A stretch of 32,000 nt of DNA. Source: Gemmata obscuriglobus. GTDB taxonomy: Bacteria > Planctomycetota > Planctomycetia > Gemmatales > Gemmataceae. Made by a program: the position numbers and the translations under genes. The notes beneath the pieces are model-generated. The model searched no databases. It saw only the letters and a program-made list of their open reading frames with translations, and was not told the origin of the DNA. Below are positions 1-7,689 of the stretch, in pieces. Position 1 is the stretch's first letter. The number at the start of each line of letters is the position of its first letter. The stretch covers positions 4,740,001-4,772,000 of the forward strand of contig NZ_CP042911.1 in assembly GCF_008065095.1 (NCBI RefSeq), in the 5' to 3' direction.

Positions 1-276
1 GGGGAGGAAGCCCTACGACTGGCCAGGGACCATATTGGCACGGTGGACTTACTCCTGACGGACGTGGTCATGCCGGGTGTCGGTGGGCACGAACTGGTCG
101 AGCGGCTCTGGCGCACAAACCCGAACATCCGGGTTCTCTTCACAAGCGGGTACATGGACGACGCTGTGGTGCGGCACGGCGTTGAAACCGCCAAGGTGAA
201 CTTCCTTCAGAAGCCGTACACCCCGGCGTCTCTGGCTCACACGGTTCACGAGGTTCTGAATCGTCCAGTGAGGTAA
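1..276 (+). CDS. C-terminal part of a receiver (REC) domain, probably the end of a hybrid sensor kinase or response regulator; 5' end lies outside the window
   Basis: Frame 1 is open from nt 1 (GEEALRLARDHIGTVDLLLTDVVMPG...). Receiver hallmarks are present: phospho-acceptor Asp in LLLTD, FTSGY (Thr/Ser) and LQKPY (Lys). Stop codon at 274-276. Confidence 0.8.
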   Translation, partial: GEEALRLARDHIGTVDLLLTDVVMPGVGGHELVERLWRTNPNIRVLFTSGYMDDAVVRHGVETAKVNFLQKPYTPASLAHTVHEVLNRPVR

Positions 277-343
277 ATGCGGTACGCTTTTTTCATCTCG
301 GCCAACCTTCGACGCGGTGGAACCGTCGTTGGTGGGGTGGTGA

Positions 344-703
344 ATGCCGAAGCTGTTACTGGCCGAAGAGAATGCGGCAGTTCGTAAGCTCGCGACTCGG
401 GTCCTTGCACACGCGGGGTACCAAATCACTGCGGTCGCAAACAGGGCCGCGGCGCTTGCCGCTTTACTCCGCTCACCTCCGGACTGTGTTGCCGCCATTC
501 TCAACCAAGGGGCACGCGGGCTCACCGGAACAGAAGTGATCGCACGCATTCGTTCCGTGCATCCGGCTTTACCAATTCTCCTCATCAGCGGAGGCCTGGA
601 GCCACCCCTGGACAGTCACACTCGGTTCCTGGGCAAGCCGTTCATACCAGACAAACTCGTCTGGGAGGTGGCTTGGTTGCTGGCCCACTCGGCCATCTCG
701 TGA
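344..703 (+). CDS. Stand-alone CheY-like receiver domain protein, atypical (no phospho-acceptor Asp visible)
   Basis: ATG start, 119 aa. The receiver fold pattern is MPKLLLAEEN...ILLISGG...FLGKPF, but the segment aligning to the phospho-Asp strand reads PDCVAAILNQGARGLTGTEV and contains no Asp. Confidence 0.75.
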   Translation: MPKLLLAEENAAVRKLATRVLAHAGYQITAVANRAAALAALLRSPPDCVAAILNQGARGLTGTEVIARIRSVHPALPILLISGGLEPPLDSHTRFLGKPFIPDKLVWEVAWLLAHSAIS

Positions 704-987
704 AGCAGCACGCCAAAAAGATCTCGGCTCGAAAGGGACGCGTGCCAAGCTTGTGTGCAGGCACGCTACCCCTTGCACACGGAACGAGCATTCGGTCCTT
801 GGCGGCAACTAAGCTATGGAAAATGAAATACGCGGAATGCCTTCAGTACAAACGACTTACATCTTTTTCGTTACCGTTTGTGACGAATTGGCGCGAGGTG
901 TGCTTTAGTTATTACCATCGAAGCGGTTCGGTCAGCAGAACGGTGGGAGAGGCGTGCTGCTGAACGGATCGTCATCGAAGCAAAACA

Positions 988-1047
988 CACTACCCGGGCG
1001 TGCGACAGTGGGGAGAGGCTGTCATATGTCCGGGTAGTGCCGTTTTT
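988..1047 (+). terminator. Intrinsic-terminator-like hairpin with a T5 tail
   Basis: CACTACCCGG (988-997) pairs perfectly with CCGGGTAGTG (1030-1039). An inner helix GACAG/CTGTC extends the stem, and CCGTTTTTGG follows. It sits in a gene-free, lower-GC stretch. Confidence 0.55.
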
Positions 1048-1254
1048 GGCGGTGAGAGTTCCAATCTCATTCGGTTATTCTCCAGGCGAGAGAGTGCTTG
1101 CCGGAAGATTGTGGACCCGAGCGACTTCCTGCCAGTCTCGCGATTCCTTTTGCTGCGGTGGCAATAGCCGTCAGGCATTGCACGAATAAACGAACATTTT
1201 CAATTACAAAATATACACAACAAGTCCTTCTGCTCTGATACATGAACCCGCAAT

Positions 1255-1349
1255 GGGTGTCGCTTTTGTCGACGAGCCGCGACCGCCAGGGAGCGGTGCC
1301 ACGTACCCCGCTCCCTGGCGGTCGCGGCTCGTCAAGAAAAGCGACACTC
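1255..1349. repeat. Very long inverted repeat: 42-position stem with a 26-bp perfect core, 2 mismatches and 1 G-T pair; 11-nt loop
   Basis: Base-by-base pairing of 1255-1296 with 1308-1349. The core GACGAGCCGCGACCGCCAGGGAGCGG (1271-1296) is complementary to CCGCTCCCTGGCGGTCGCGGCTCGTC (1308-1333). The loop is TGCCACGTACC. Confidence 0.9.
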
Positions 1350-1597
1350 CCACCGGGCACGTGTATGAGGTGACGCCTGCTCGGCGGAGCAGATTCCCGA
1401 GCCCACGCAGTTTCACCGCTCGCTCGCCCCAGTTCCCACCCAAATCCGGTTGAACAGCGCGCACGCTGGTCGGGACCCGGCCACCGCACCCCGGCGGTAC
1501 GGCGAAGTGGGGCGCACCGCCCGGCCAGACTGTTCGTCCGATGTCTCGGCTCTAAGATGTCAAGCGATTCGCCGAACTTCCAAAGGGAACACACTTC

Positions 1598-2674
1598 ATG
1601 GCCACATCCATCACGCGCCTGTACGGGCTCGGTCTGACGCCGGGCAAGCTCCGCGGGCTGCAGCGCATCAGCAACCCGAACGGCACGCTGAGCATGGTCG
1701 CCACCGACCAGAACAGCTCGATGATCAAAATGATGAAGGCGGCCACCGGCAAGGAGCCGACCTACGACGAGATCGCCGACGCGAAGGTGATGCTGTCCCG
1801 CGCGCTGGCCCCGCACTGCTCCGGGCTCCTCGTGGACGGCTACTACGGGTACGCCAGCACGGTGGCGGCGCACGCCGTCCCGCCGGGCACCGGCATCCTG
1901 ATCCGGGTCGAAAAGTCCGGCGCCGACAAGAACGCCGCCGGCGCGCCGTGCGGCGAGGTGGAGCCGGGTTGGGGCGTCCACAAGATCAAGCGCTGCGGCG
2001 CCGACGCGGTGAAGCTGCTGGCCCAGTTCGAGCCCACCGAGTTCGACAGCGCCGAGAAGAACTTCGAGTTCACCCGCCAGATGTACGAGCAGTGCATCGA
2101 GCACGACATCCTGTTCCTGCTGGAGCCGATCCACTTCCCGTTCAACGGCGAAAAGGAAGGCGCGGACAGCCAGAAGGCCCGCAAGGCCCAGACGGTGATC
2201 GACTCCGCCAAGTACCTGAGCCGGTACTGCGACATCTATAAGGCCGAGTTCCCCGGCACGTTCGGGGTCGAGTCGGACGCCCAACTGGTGGACAACCTGA
2301 AGCGGCTCAACGACGCCTGCGCCAAGCCGTGGGTGCTGCTGTCCGCCGGCGTGGACTACGACAAGTACAAGAAGCAAGTCGAGATGGCGATGAAGGCGGG
2401 CGCCAGCGGCATCCTCGGCGGCCGCGCGTTCTGGAAAGAGTTCTTCACCTACGCGAACCCGGCCGACCGGCAGAAGTTCGCCGAAACCGAGTGCGTGCGC
2501 CGGGTGAAGGAGACCGACGAGATCGTCCGCACCGGCACCCCGTGGTTCGCCAAGTACGGCATCACCACGGAAGACCTGCACGGCATCCGCACGGCCGAGG
2601 GGTGGCACGCCCGCTACGGCGGCGGCACCGCCGTCAAGGGGACCGGCCCGGTCGACCCGAACGCGGTGTATTGA
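1598..2674 (+). CDS. Class I aldolase of the DeoC/LacD family (tagatose-bisphosphate or sulfofructose-phosphate aldolase-like)
   Basis: 358 aa. Motifs include LSMVATDQ near the N-terminus, a Schiff-base Lys context CDIYKAEFPG (compare LacD xDVLKVEVP) and LSAGV...GASGILGGRAFW. An AAAGGGAA Shine-Dalgarno-like sequence precedes ATG 1598. Confidence 0.75.
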   Translation: MATSITRLYGLGLTPGKLRGLQRISNPNGTLSMVATDQNSSMIKMMKAATGKEPTYDEIADAKVMLSRALAPHCSGLLVDGYYGYASTVAAHAVPPGTGILIRVEKSGADKNAAGAPCGEVEPGWGVHKIKRCGADAVKLLAQFEPTEFDSAEKNFEFTRQMYEQCIEHDILFLLEPIHFPFNGEKEGADSQKARKAQTVIDSAKYLSRYCDIYKAEFPGTFGVESDAQLVDNLKRLNDACAKPWVLLSAGVDYDKYKKQVEMAMKAGASGILGGRAFWKEFFTYANPADRQKFAETECVRRVKETDEIVRTGTPWFAKYGITTEDLHGIRTAEGWHARYGGGTAVKGTGPVDPNAVY

Positions 2675-2725
2675 TCCTCGCTAGCACCGGGCGCACACAA
2701 CGGGTGTGAACGTCCGGCTCGCGGA

Positions 2726-3082
2726 TCAATCGAACCACTCGTCCGCGGGGTTGAACGCGGGCAGGGCGAACACGATCGTTTTCAGGCCGTGTTCGCTTGT
2801 AACGCGGTGCCGGGTGCGGGGCTCGATCCAGACCACGGTCCCCGGCCCCACCTCGTGCCACTCGCCGTTCAATTCCATCTTGCCCTGCCCTTCCAGAATG
2901 TAGTACACCTCGGTCGTGTCGCGGTGGTAGTGCCGGGTGGCGTCCGCGATGGTGGTGACGTGGAGCGAGCACGGGGCGCCGTCGGCACCGGTCAGGATGC
3001 GCGTGCTGACCCCGCACGGGCACGGCACGTTCGGCGCCTCGCTCTGCTTCTTGATGACGTAACCCGTCGCCGTTGCGGGCAT
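2726..3082 (-). CDS. Cupin-domain protein
   Basis: 118 aa. Cupin motifs are HYHRDTTEVYYILEGQG...GPGTVVWIEPRTRHRV (G-x5-H-x-H-like and P-x-G...H pattern). Confidence 0.75.
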   Translation of the reverse strand: MPATATGYVIKKQSEAPNVPCPCGVSTRILTGADGAPCSLHVTTIADATRHYHRDTTEVYYILEGQGKMELNGEWHEVGPGTVVWIEPRTRHRVTSEHGLKTIVFALPAFNPADEWFD

Positions 3083-3149
3083 GGTGGTTCTCCGCGGATT
3101 GAGAACACCTTACCCGCAGCAGCCACCGAGTTCGAGAGGACACCGACCC

Positions 3150-4022
3150 GTGCCGCGAGCTTTGTTCTTAATCTCCGTACTGTTCGGTGCGTTCGGGTGC
3201 GGCTCGGAACCGCCGTCCGTCGGCTCGCCGGCGCCCGCAAGTTCCGCCCCGGCTCTTGAGGGCGGCGCAGGTTTCCGGCACGGCGAGTCCGGCGGAATCA
3301 TCGGCTCGGTCACCTGGACCGGGGCGATACCGGTTGTCGAACCGGTCGCGGACGTGCGCCCCCGTCCGGACGGCACCGGGTACACCCGCCGCGTCCTCTC
3401 GCACCCTTACGCCCCGCGAATCGATCGCGCGAGTTACGCGCTCCTGGGCGCCGTCGTGTATTTGCGGAACGTTGATCCCGCTCGCGCGAAGCCGTGGGCC
3501 GCGGCGCCGGTGCGGGTGGAATTTCGCGACGCGCAGATCGTTGTGACTCCCGAAGGCGGCGAGCCGGGCCGGGTGGGGTTCGTGCGCCGCGGCGCCGCCG
3601 TGAGTTTCCGGTCCGCAGACCCGGTGTTCAACACGCTGCGGGGGCGCGGGGCCGCGTTCTTCGCGATCCCCTTCCCGGACCCGGACCAGGCGCTTGAGCG
3701 CACCTTCGATGCCCCCGGCCGCATCGAACTCACGAGCGCGTCGGGGTACCACTGGCAGGCGGCCGACCTGTTCGTCTGCGAGCACTCGTACTTCACCCTC
3801 TCGGGGCCGGACGGCCGGTTCGAGCTGTCACACGTGCCGGAAGGAACTTACGAACTCGTCGCCTGGCACCCCAACTGGAACACGGTGGCACACGAGCGCA
3901 ACCCGGAATCCGGGCTCGTTCAACGGGTCCGCTACGCCCCGCCGCTGGAAACGGTGCGCACGGTCACGGTGACGAGAGGCCAAAGCGCGTTCGCCCCGGT
4001 CAACCTCTCGCCTCCCAAATGA
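3150..4022 (+). CDS. Putative lipoprotein with a C-terminal carboxypeptidase-regulatory-like beta-sandwich
   Basis: In-frame GTG at 3150 gives (M)PRALFLISVLFGAFGCGS, a signal peptide plus lipobox (LFGAFG|C). The longer ATG at 3081 would overlap the divergent cupin start. The C-terminus GRFELSHVPEGTYELVAWHPNWN is typical of CarboxypepD_reg-like domains. Confidence 0.65.
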   Translation: MPRALFLISVLFGAFGCGSEPPSVGSPAPASSAPALEGGAGFRHGESGGIIGSVTWTGAIPVVEPVADVRPRPDGTGYTRRVLSHPYAPRIDRASYALLGAVVYLRNVDPARAKPWAAAPVRVEFRDAQIVVTPEGGEPGRVGFVRRGAAVSFRSADPVFNTLRGRGAAFFAIPFPDPDQALERTFDAPGRIELTSASGYHWQAADLFVCEHSYFTLSGPDGRFELSHVPEGTYELVAWHPNWNTVAHERNPESGLVQRVRYAPPLETVRTVTVTRGQSAFAPVNLSPPK

Positions 4023-4079
4023 TGCCGGGCCACACTGGTACGCGAACCGGCTGTTGGTGTCCGTTTTGGTTTTGTCTTC

Positions 4080-4143
4080 GTGGCACAGACCTTCCTGTCT
4101 GTGCGGGGCGAGAAGGCTGCACAGACAGGAAGGTCTGTGCCAC
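4080..4143. repeat. 25-bp perfect inverted repeat with a 14-nt loop; each arm is itself a CACAGAC-N6-GTCTGTG palindrome
   Basis: GTGGCACAGACCTTCCTGTCTGTGC (4080-4104) is the exact reverse complement of GCACAGACAGGAAGGTCTGTGCCAC (4119-4143). It lies between convergent stops at 4022 (+) and 4215 (-). Confidence 0.9.
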
Positions 4144-4214
4144 AAGAAACAGACACAACCAGCCGGACCGTGAATGAGTGAGCCGGCACGCGACGGTTGT
4201 GTTTCGACCTGGAT

Positions 4215-5660
4215 CTATGTCAGTGACTCGAACCGCGCTCGCACGGCCTTGGCGGCTAGAAATCCGTGGAGCAACAGCCCGCCCAGGCTCGCGAACCCCA
4301 GAACGGATTCCCACGAGTTCAGCTCCTCCGCGCGCGAGCGTAACAGTTGAAGTGAGCGGTCCAGGACGTTCGCGGAGTTCTGCAGCCCTTTCTCGGTGGC
4401 CGCAGTTTGCTCTTCAGTCATGTTCGCCTTACGAGCCCGGAACTCGGCCGCCCACGTGTCGTGCGACTCGGCACGCGTTTGGAGCATGGCGAACTGATGA
4501 ATGAGGTCGAACCGTTCAAACCGTTCGTATGCGAACAGGCCGAGGATGAGTGCCGACGCCCCGGCGCCCAAGAGCCGGAACCGGCCGGCGGGGATCTGGA
4601 AAACCGACGCCAAGTGAACCGCCACCAAGAACACGAACACCGCCGCCGGAGCGGCGCGCCGGTCCGTACCCGCGACCGCCGAGGCGACCAGCGCCAGCAC
4701 CACGACCATCAGCACCGTGCAGACCGCGGACAGGCATTTCTGCTGTCGGTCCAGCAGCACCCGGCCGTCGCGGTCGAACAGGAGCAGCATGTTAATGATG
4801 TGCTTCGCGAACCACGTGGCGGCCACGAACGCGGCGTAGGCGAAAATCAGGACCGCAAAGAACGGCTCCGCGGCCGGAACCTGCTCGCCCAGTTCCGCGA
4901 GCGCCCGCACGACCACGACCATTCCGATAATGAGGCCGAACTGCATACGCGGCGAAAACCGCGACAGCATCAAGAAGAACTGTAACACCCGCCGGTAAAA
5001 CCAGTTCTTGGCCCGAAGGGCTTCCAGCAGACCCGCCTTCGCCCACTCGGAATTCGGGTCCAGACGCAGCGCCTCGCGGAAGTGGTCAACGGCCTTTCGC
5101 GGTTCGTTCTCGTGCAGCAGCGTCCAGCCGCGGTTGGCGTGGGTGTAGGCGTCCTCGGGGTGCTTCTCCAGCGTGCCTTCCAGCGTGTGGGCGGCTTCGT
5201 CGTGGCGGCCGAGCTTCGTCAGCGCGACGGCGCGGTGGTTCAGACACACGTCGTCGTCGGGGTCGATCGCCAACCCCTCGTCCGCCGCCCGCAGGGCCGC
5301 TCTCCAGTCGTAACGCCCGATCTCGATGGCGGCGAGCTGGCCGAAGTACCCGGCGGCCCAACTGTTCAACTCGATCGCGCGGCGGATGGCCGCCTCGGCT
5401 CCGTCGAGGTTGCCGCACTTCGATTCGACCAAACTGAGTGCGAAGTGGGCTCGGGAGTCGTTCGGGGCCAGTTCGACCGCGCGGCGCGCCGCGTCCCCGG
5501 CGCCCGGTCGGTCCAGCGTGAAATGGCACAGCGCCGCGAGGATGTAACCCTCGGGGTCTTCGGGGTCGTCGCCGATCCGGGCCGTGATTTCGTTGCTGGC
5601 CAGGTCGTACCGCTTCTGCTCCATCAGAATGCGGGCGCGGGCGAACCGATCCGTTTGCAT
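4215..5660 (-). CDS. TPR-repeat protein fused to a polytopic membrane domain
   Basis: 481 aa. The N-terminal ~220 aa show TPR periodicity (A..A...Y/F..AL.LDP). Several hydrophobic helices follow (FGLIIGMVVVVRALA, FFAVLIFAYAAFVAATWF, AVCTVLMVVVLALVASAVAG, AAVFVFLVAVHLASVF, GAGASALILGLFAY, VLGFASLGGLLLHGFLAA). The ATG lies 3 nt after the upstream gene's stop. Confidence 0.8.
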   Translation of the reverse strand: MQTDRFARARILMEQKRYDLASNEITARIGDDPEDPEGYILAALCHFTLDRPGAGDAARRAVELAPNDSRAHFALSLVESKCGNLDGAEAAIRRAIELNSWAAGYFGQLAAIEIGRYDWRAALRAADEGLAIDPDDDVCLNHRAVALTKLGRHDEAAHTLEGTLEKHPEDAYTHANRGWTLLHENEPRKAVDHFREALRLDPNSEWAKAGLLEALRAKNWFYRRVLQFFLMLSRFSPRMQFGLIIGMVVVVRALAELGEQVPAAEPFFAVLIFAYAAFVAATWFAKHIINMLLLFDRDGRVLLDRQQKCLSAVCTVLMVVVLALVASAVAGTDRRAAPAAVFVFLVAVHLASVFQIPAGRFRLLGAGASALILGLFAYERFERFDLIHQFAMLQTRAESHDTWAAEFRARKANMTEEQTAATEKGLQNSANVLDRSLQLLRSRAEELNSWESVLGFASLGGLLLHGFLAAKAVRARFESLT

Positions 5661-5663
5661 GAT

Positions 5664-7004
5664 TCACTTTCGGAGGTATTTCAGGATGTCGTCGTACTGC
5701 CCGCCCTGGTTCGCGAACGTCGCGTAGTTCCGCGCGGTCGAAAACCACTCCTTCGTGGACGGTTTTACCTGCGGCACGGCCGCCAGTAGGTCTTTTGTGG
5801 TCAGCGGCTTCGGGACGCCGCTCGTGATCGCTTCCCGCAGCTTGGCCTCGACGGCCAAATCGATAACCGCCTTGAGATCCGCGCCGGAAAACTGATCGGC
5901 CTTCTTTGCTACCTGCTCGAAGTCGATCGACTGTTGGGGCTTGCCCGTAGTGAGGACGCGCAGGATCGACGCCCGTGCCGGAAGGTCCGGCGGTGGCACG
6001 AAGAGAATGCGGTCGAACCGGCCGGGGCGGCGGAACGCGGGGTCGAGGTGCCACGGCGCGTTGGTGGCGGCGAGAATAAGGACGCCCTCGTTCGACGTGG
6101 TCGCGCCGTCCAGTTCCGAAAGGAACTGGTTAATGATCATCCGCCCCGAACTCTGGCGCAGGTCGCTGCGGTTGGCCGCGAGGGCGTCCACCTCGTCGAA
6201 AAATAACACGCAGGGGCGGTTCCGCCGGGCCTCGTCGAACAGCGCGTGCAGGTTCTTTTCGCTCGAACCGAGCCACATATCCAGCACGTCCTCGATCCCG
6301 ACGGCAATGAACGACGCGTTCACCTCGCCGGCGGTGGCGCGGGCAAGGTGGGTCTTACCGCACCCGGGCGGACCGTACATCAGAATCCCGCCGCCGATCG
6401 CCTTGCCATAAGCCGCATAGAGCTCGGGGTGTTTCAGCGGGTGGATGATCTTGAGCTGGATCTCCTCCTTGATCGCGTCCATGCCGCCGACATCGCCGAA
6501 CCGCACCTTGGGTTTCTCTAACCGGGCCGACACGTCGGCCGCTTCTTCGACATCACCGACGGCGAGACGGCCGTCCGAAACTTCACTCTCATCGGGGGAC
6601 TGATCGATGCCGAGCCGGGAGGCGAACTCCGCGTCCACAGCGTCCGGGTCCATCTCGACCCCGAGCTTGTACCGGGCAACCGCCCGCTCGATGTCCCCCT
6701 CACGGAGCCACAGTTTTGCCAGGAGTACGTGAGCCTCTGCCGGCGCCTGCGGGTCGCGCACGAGGCTTTCCAGCACGACGAACGCCTGACTCGTTTGGCC
6801 CTGCTGGTGGTACAGCCGCGCCAGACCGAGCCGGGCCGTCAGATCCTGTGCGTGGGTGGCGAGGACGGCGCGGTACTCGGCCTCGGCTTCGGCGAAACGA
6901 CCCAGCCCCGCGAACGCTTCAGCGAGGTGTTTGCGGAGCGGAAGGTTGTCGGGACTGAGTTGGACGGCCGCGATGAGCCCTGCCAGCGGATCGGGTGTTG
7001 CCAT
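5664..7004 (-). CDS. AAA+ ATPase (classical clade, single AAA module) with an N-terminal TPR domain
   Basis: Walker A is GPPGCGKTH, Walker B is VLFFDEVD, and the second region of homology is ATNAPWHLDPAFRRPGRFDR. The N-terminus has TPR-like repeats. I prefer ATG at 7004 (MATPDPL); an alternative TTG lies at 7064. Confidence 0.85.
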   Translation of the reverse strand: MATPDPLAGLIAAVQLSPDNLPLRKHLAEAFAGLGRFAEAEAEYRAVLATHAQDLTARLGLARLYHQQGQTSQAFVVLESLVRDPQAPAEAHVLLAKLWLREGDIERAVARYKLGVEMDPDAVDAEFASRLGIDQSPDESEVSDGRLAVGDVEEAADVSARLEKPKVRFGDVGGMDAIKEEIQLKIIHPLKHPELYAAYGKAIGGGILMYGPPGCGKTHLARATAGEVNASFIAVGIEDVLDMWLGSSEKNLHALFDEARRNRPCVLFFDEVDALAANRSDLRQSSGRMIINQFLSELDGATTSNEGVLILAATNAPWHLDPAFRRPGRFDRILFVPPPDLPARASILRVLTTGKPQQSIDFEQVAKKADQFSGADLKAVIDLAVEAKLREAITSGVPKPLTTKDLLAAVPQVKPSTKEWFSTARNYATFANQGGQYDDILKYLRK

Positions 7005-7208
7005 GAAGCGTACTCTCGCGGGCGGGTGTGGCGGAGCGCAATCGATTTCCCCGGTACTTTTCAACTTAGGGGTGGTGACGGATGAGTGGGAACGGTCATT
7101 TTCGGCGGTGCGTGTTCCGGCGAGGCGAATCGACTCGATGCCGCGGGTTCTTCCTCGTATGGGGACCGCAACGAATGTCGTGCTCCGTGGTGCCGCCGCA
7201 TCAGCGGC

Positions 7209-7238
7209 GCGGCGCTGTAACGGGGGTTACAGCGCCGC
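7209..7238. repeat. Short palindromic element GCGGCGCTGTAAC-GGGG-GTTACAGCGCCGC, copy 1
   Basis: 13-bp perfect stem with a 4-nt G loop, inside a 620-bp gene-free divergent region. A second copy in the opposite orientation is at 19304-19329. Confidence 0.85.
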
Positions 7239-7689
7239 CCCTGGCACCGACTGGACATCAGGTGGACAGTCGCTACCGTCCGGGTGGTCGGGAACGGGTC
7301 ATTCGCTGGGGCATCGCTACCACCGAATCTCGCGCTCCGCGTCGCGGGTGCACTTTCAGCCCTCACCACTTGATCCGCCACAAGGTATTCCCCTCTCGTT
7401 GTTTACAGCAGAATCAACCGTTCCTGCCGGTTTGACTTGCCGGAGGAAAGCACTACTAAAGGCCACTCGGTCCGGCAGCACGAACTTCTGGAAGTGCTAC
7501 CGGGCAAGTTCAGTGGCCGATTTAACGGTCTTTACGGGATCTAGCGGGCGTTTCCTGCTACGACCGAGTTGGCGGCAGAGCACGTGAATCTGCGGGCGGT
7601 TTCCGGCACCGCGCTTCACAATTCCCTCAAAAGAGTTGCTTTCCCCGAGCGGCCTGTCGAGAATACCCGCAGAGCGAAGGACAGTCTCC

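Noticed and set aside
1067-2608. 513-aa minus-strand ORF antisense to the aldolase gene. Analogous long antisense ORFs are 9535..10551 (-), 15488..17254 (+), 17358..18965 (+), 19232..20893 (+), 27489..28730 (-) and 31290..32000 (-).
   Set aside because: These are typical high-GC shadow ORFs. Their translations are Arg/Gly/Ala/Pro/His-rich with no motifs. Each lies opposite a gene with a clear family signature (LacD aldolase, EF-G, GSP-synthase family, aldehyde dehydrogenase, NadB, CimA).
3081-3149. Using ATG 3081 as the start of the lipoprotein gene.
   Set aside because: It would overlap the divergent cupin start codon (3080-3082) and add a 23-aa Arg/Pro-rich extension ahead of the signal peptide. 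GTG 3150 gives a textbook lipoprotein signal peptide.
7442-7450. GGAGGAAAG, reminiscent of the RNase P RNA P4 signature GAGGAAAGUCC.
   Set aside because: The match stops after GGAAAG (it is followed by CACTAC, not UCCGGGC). The other universally conserved RNase P blocks are not visible in the surrounding 600 nt.
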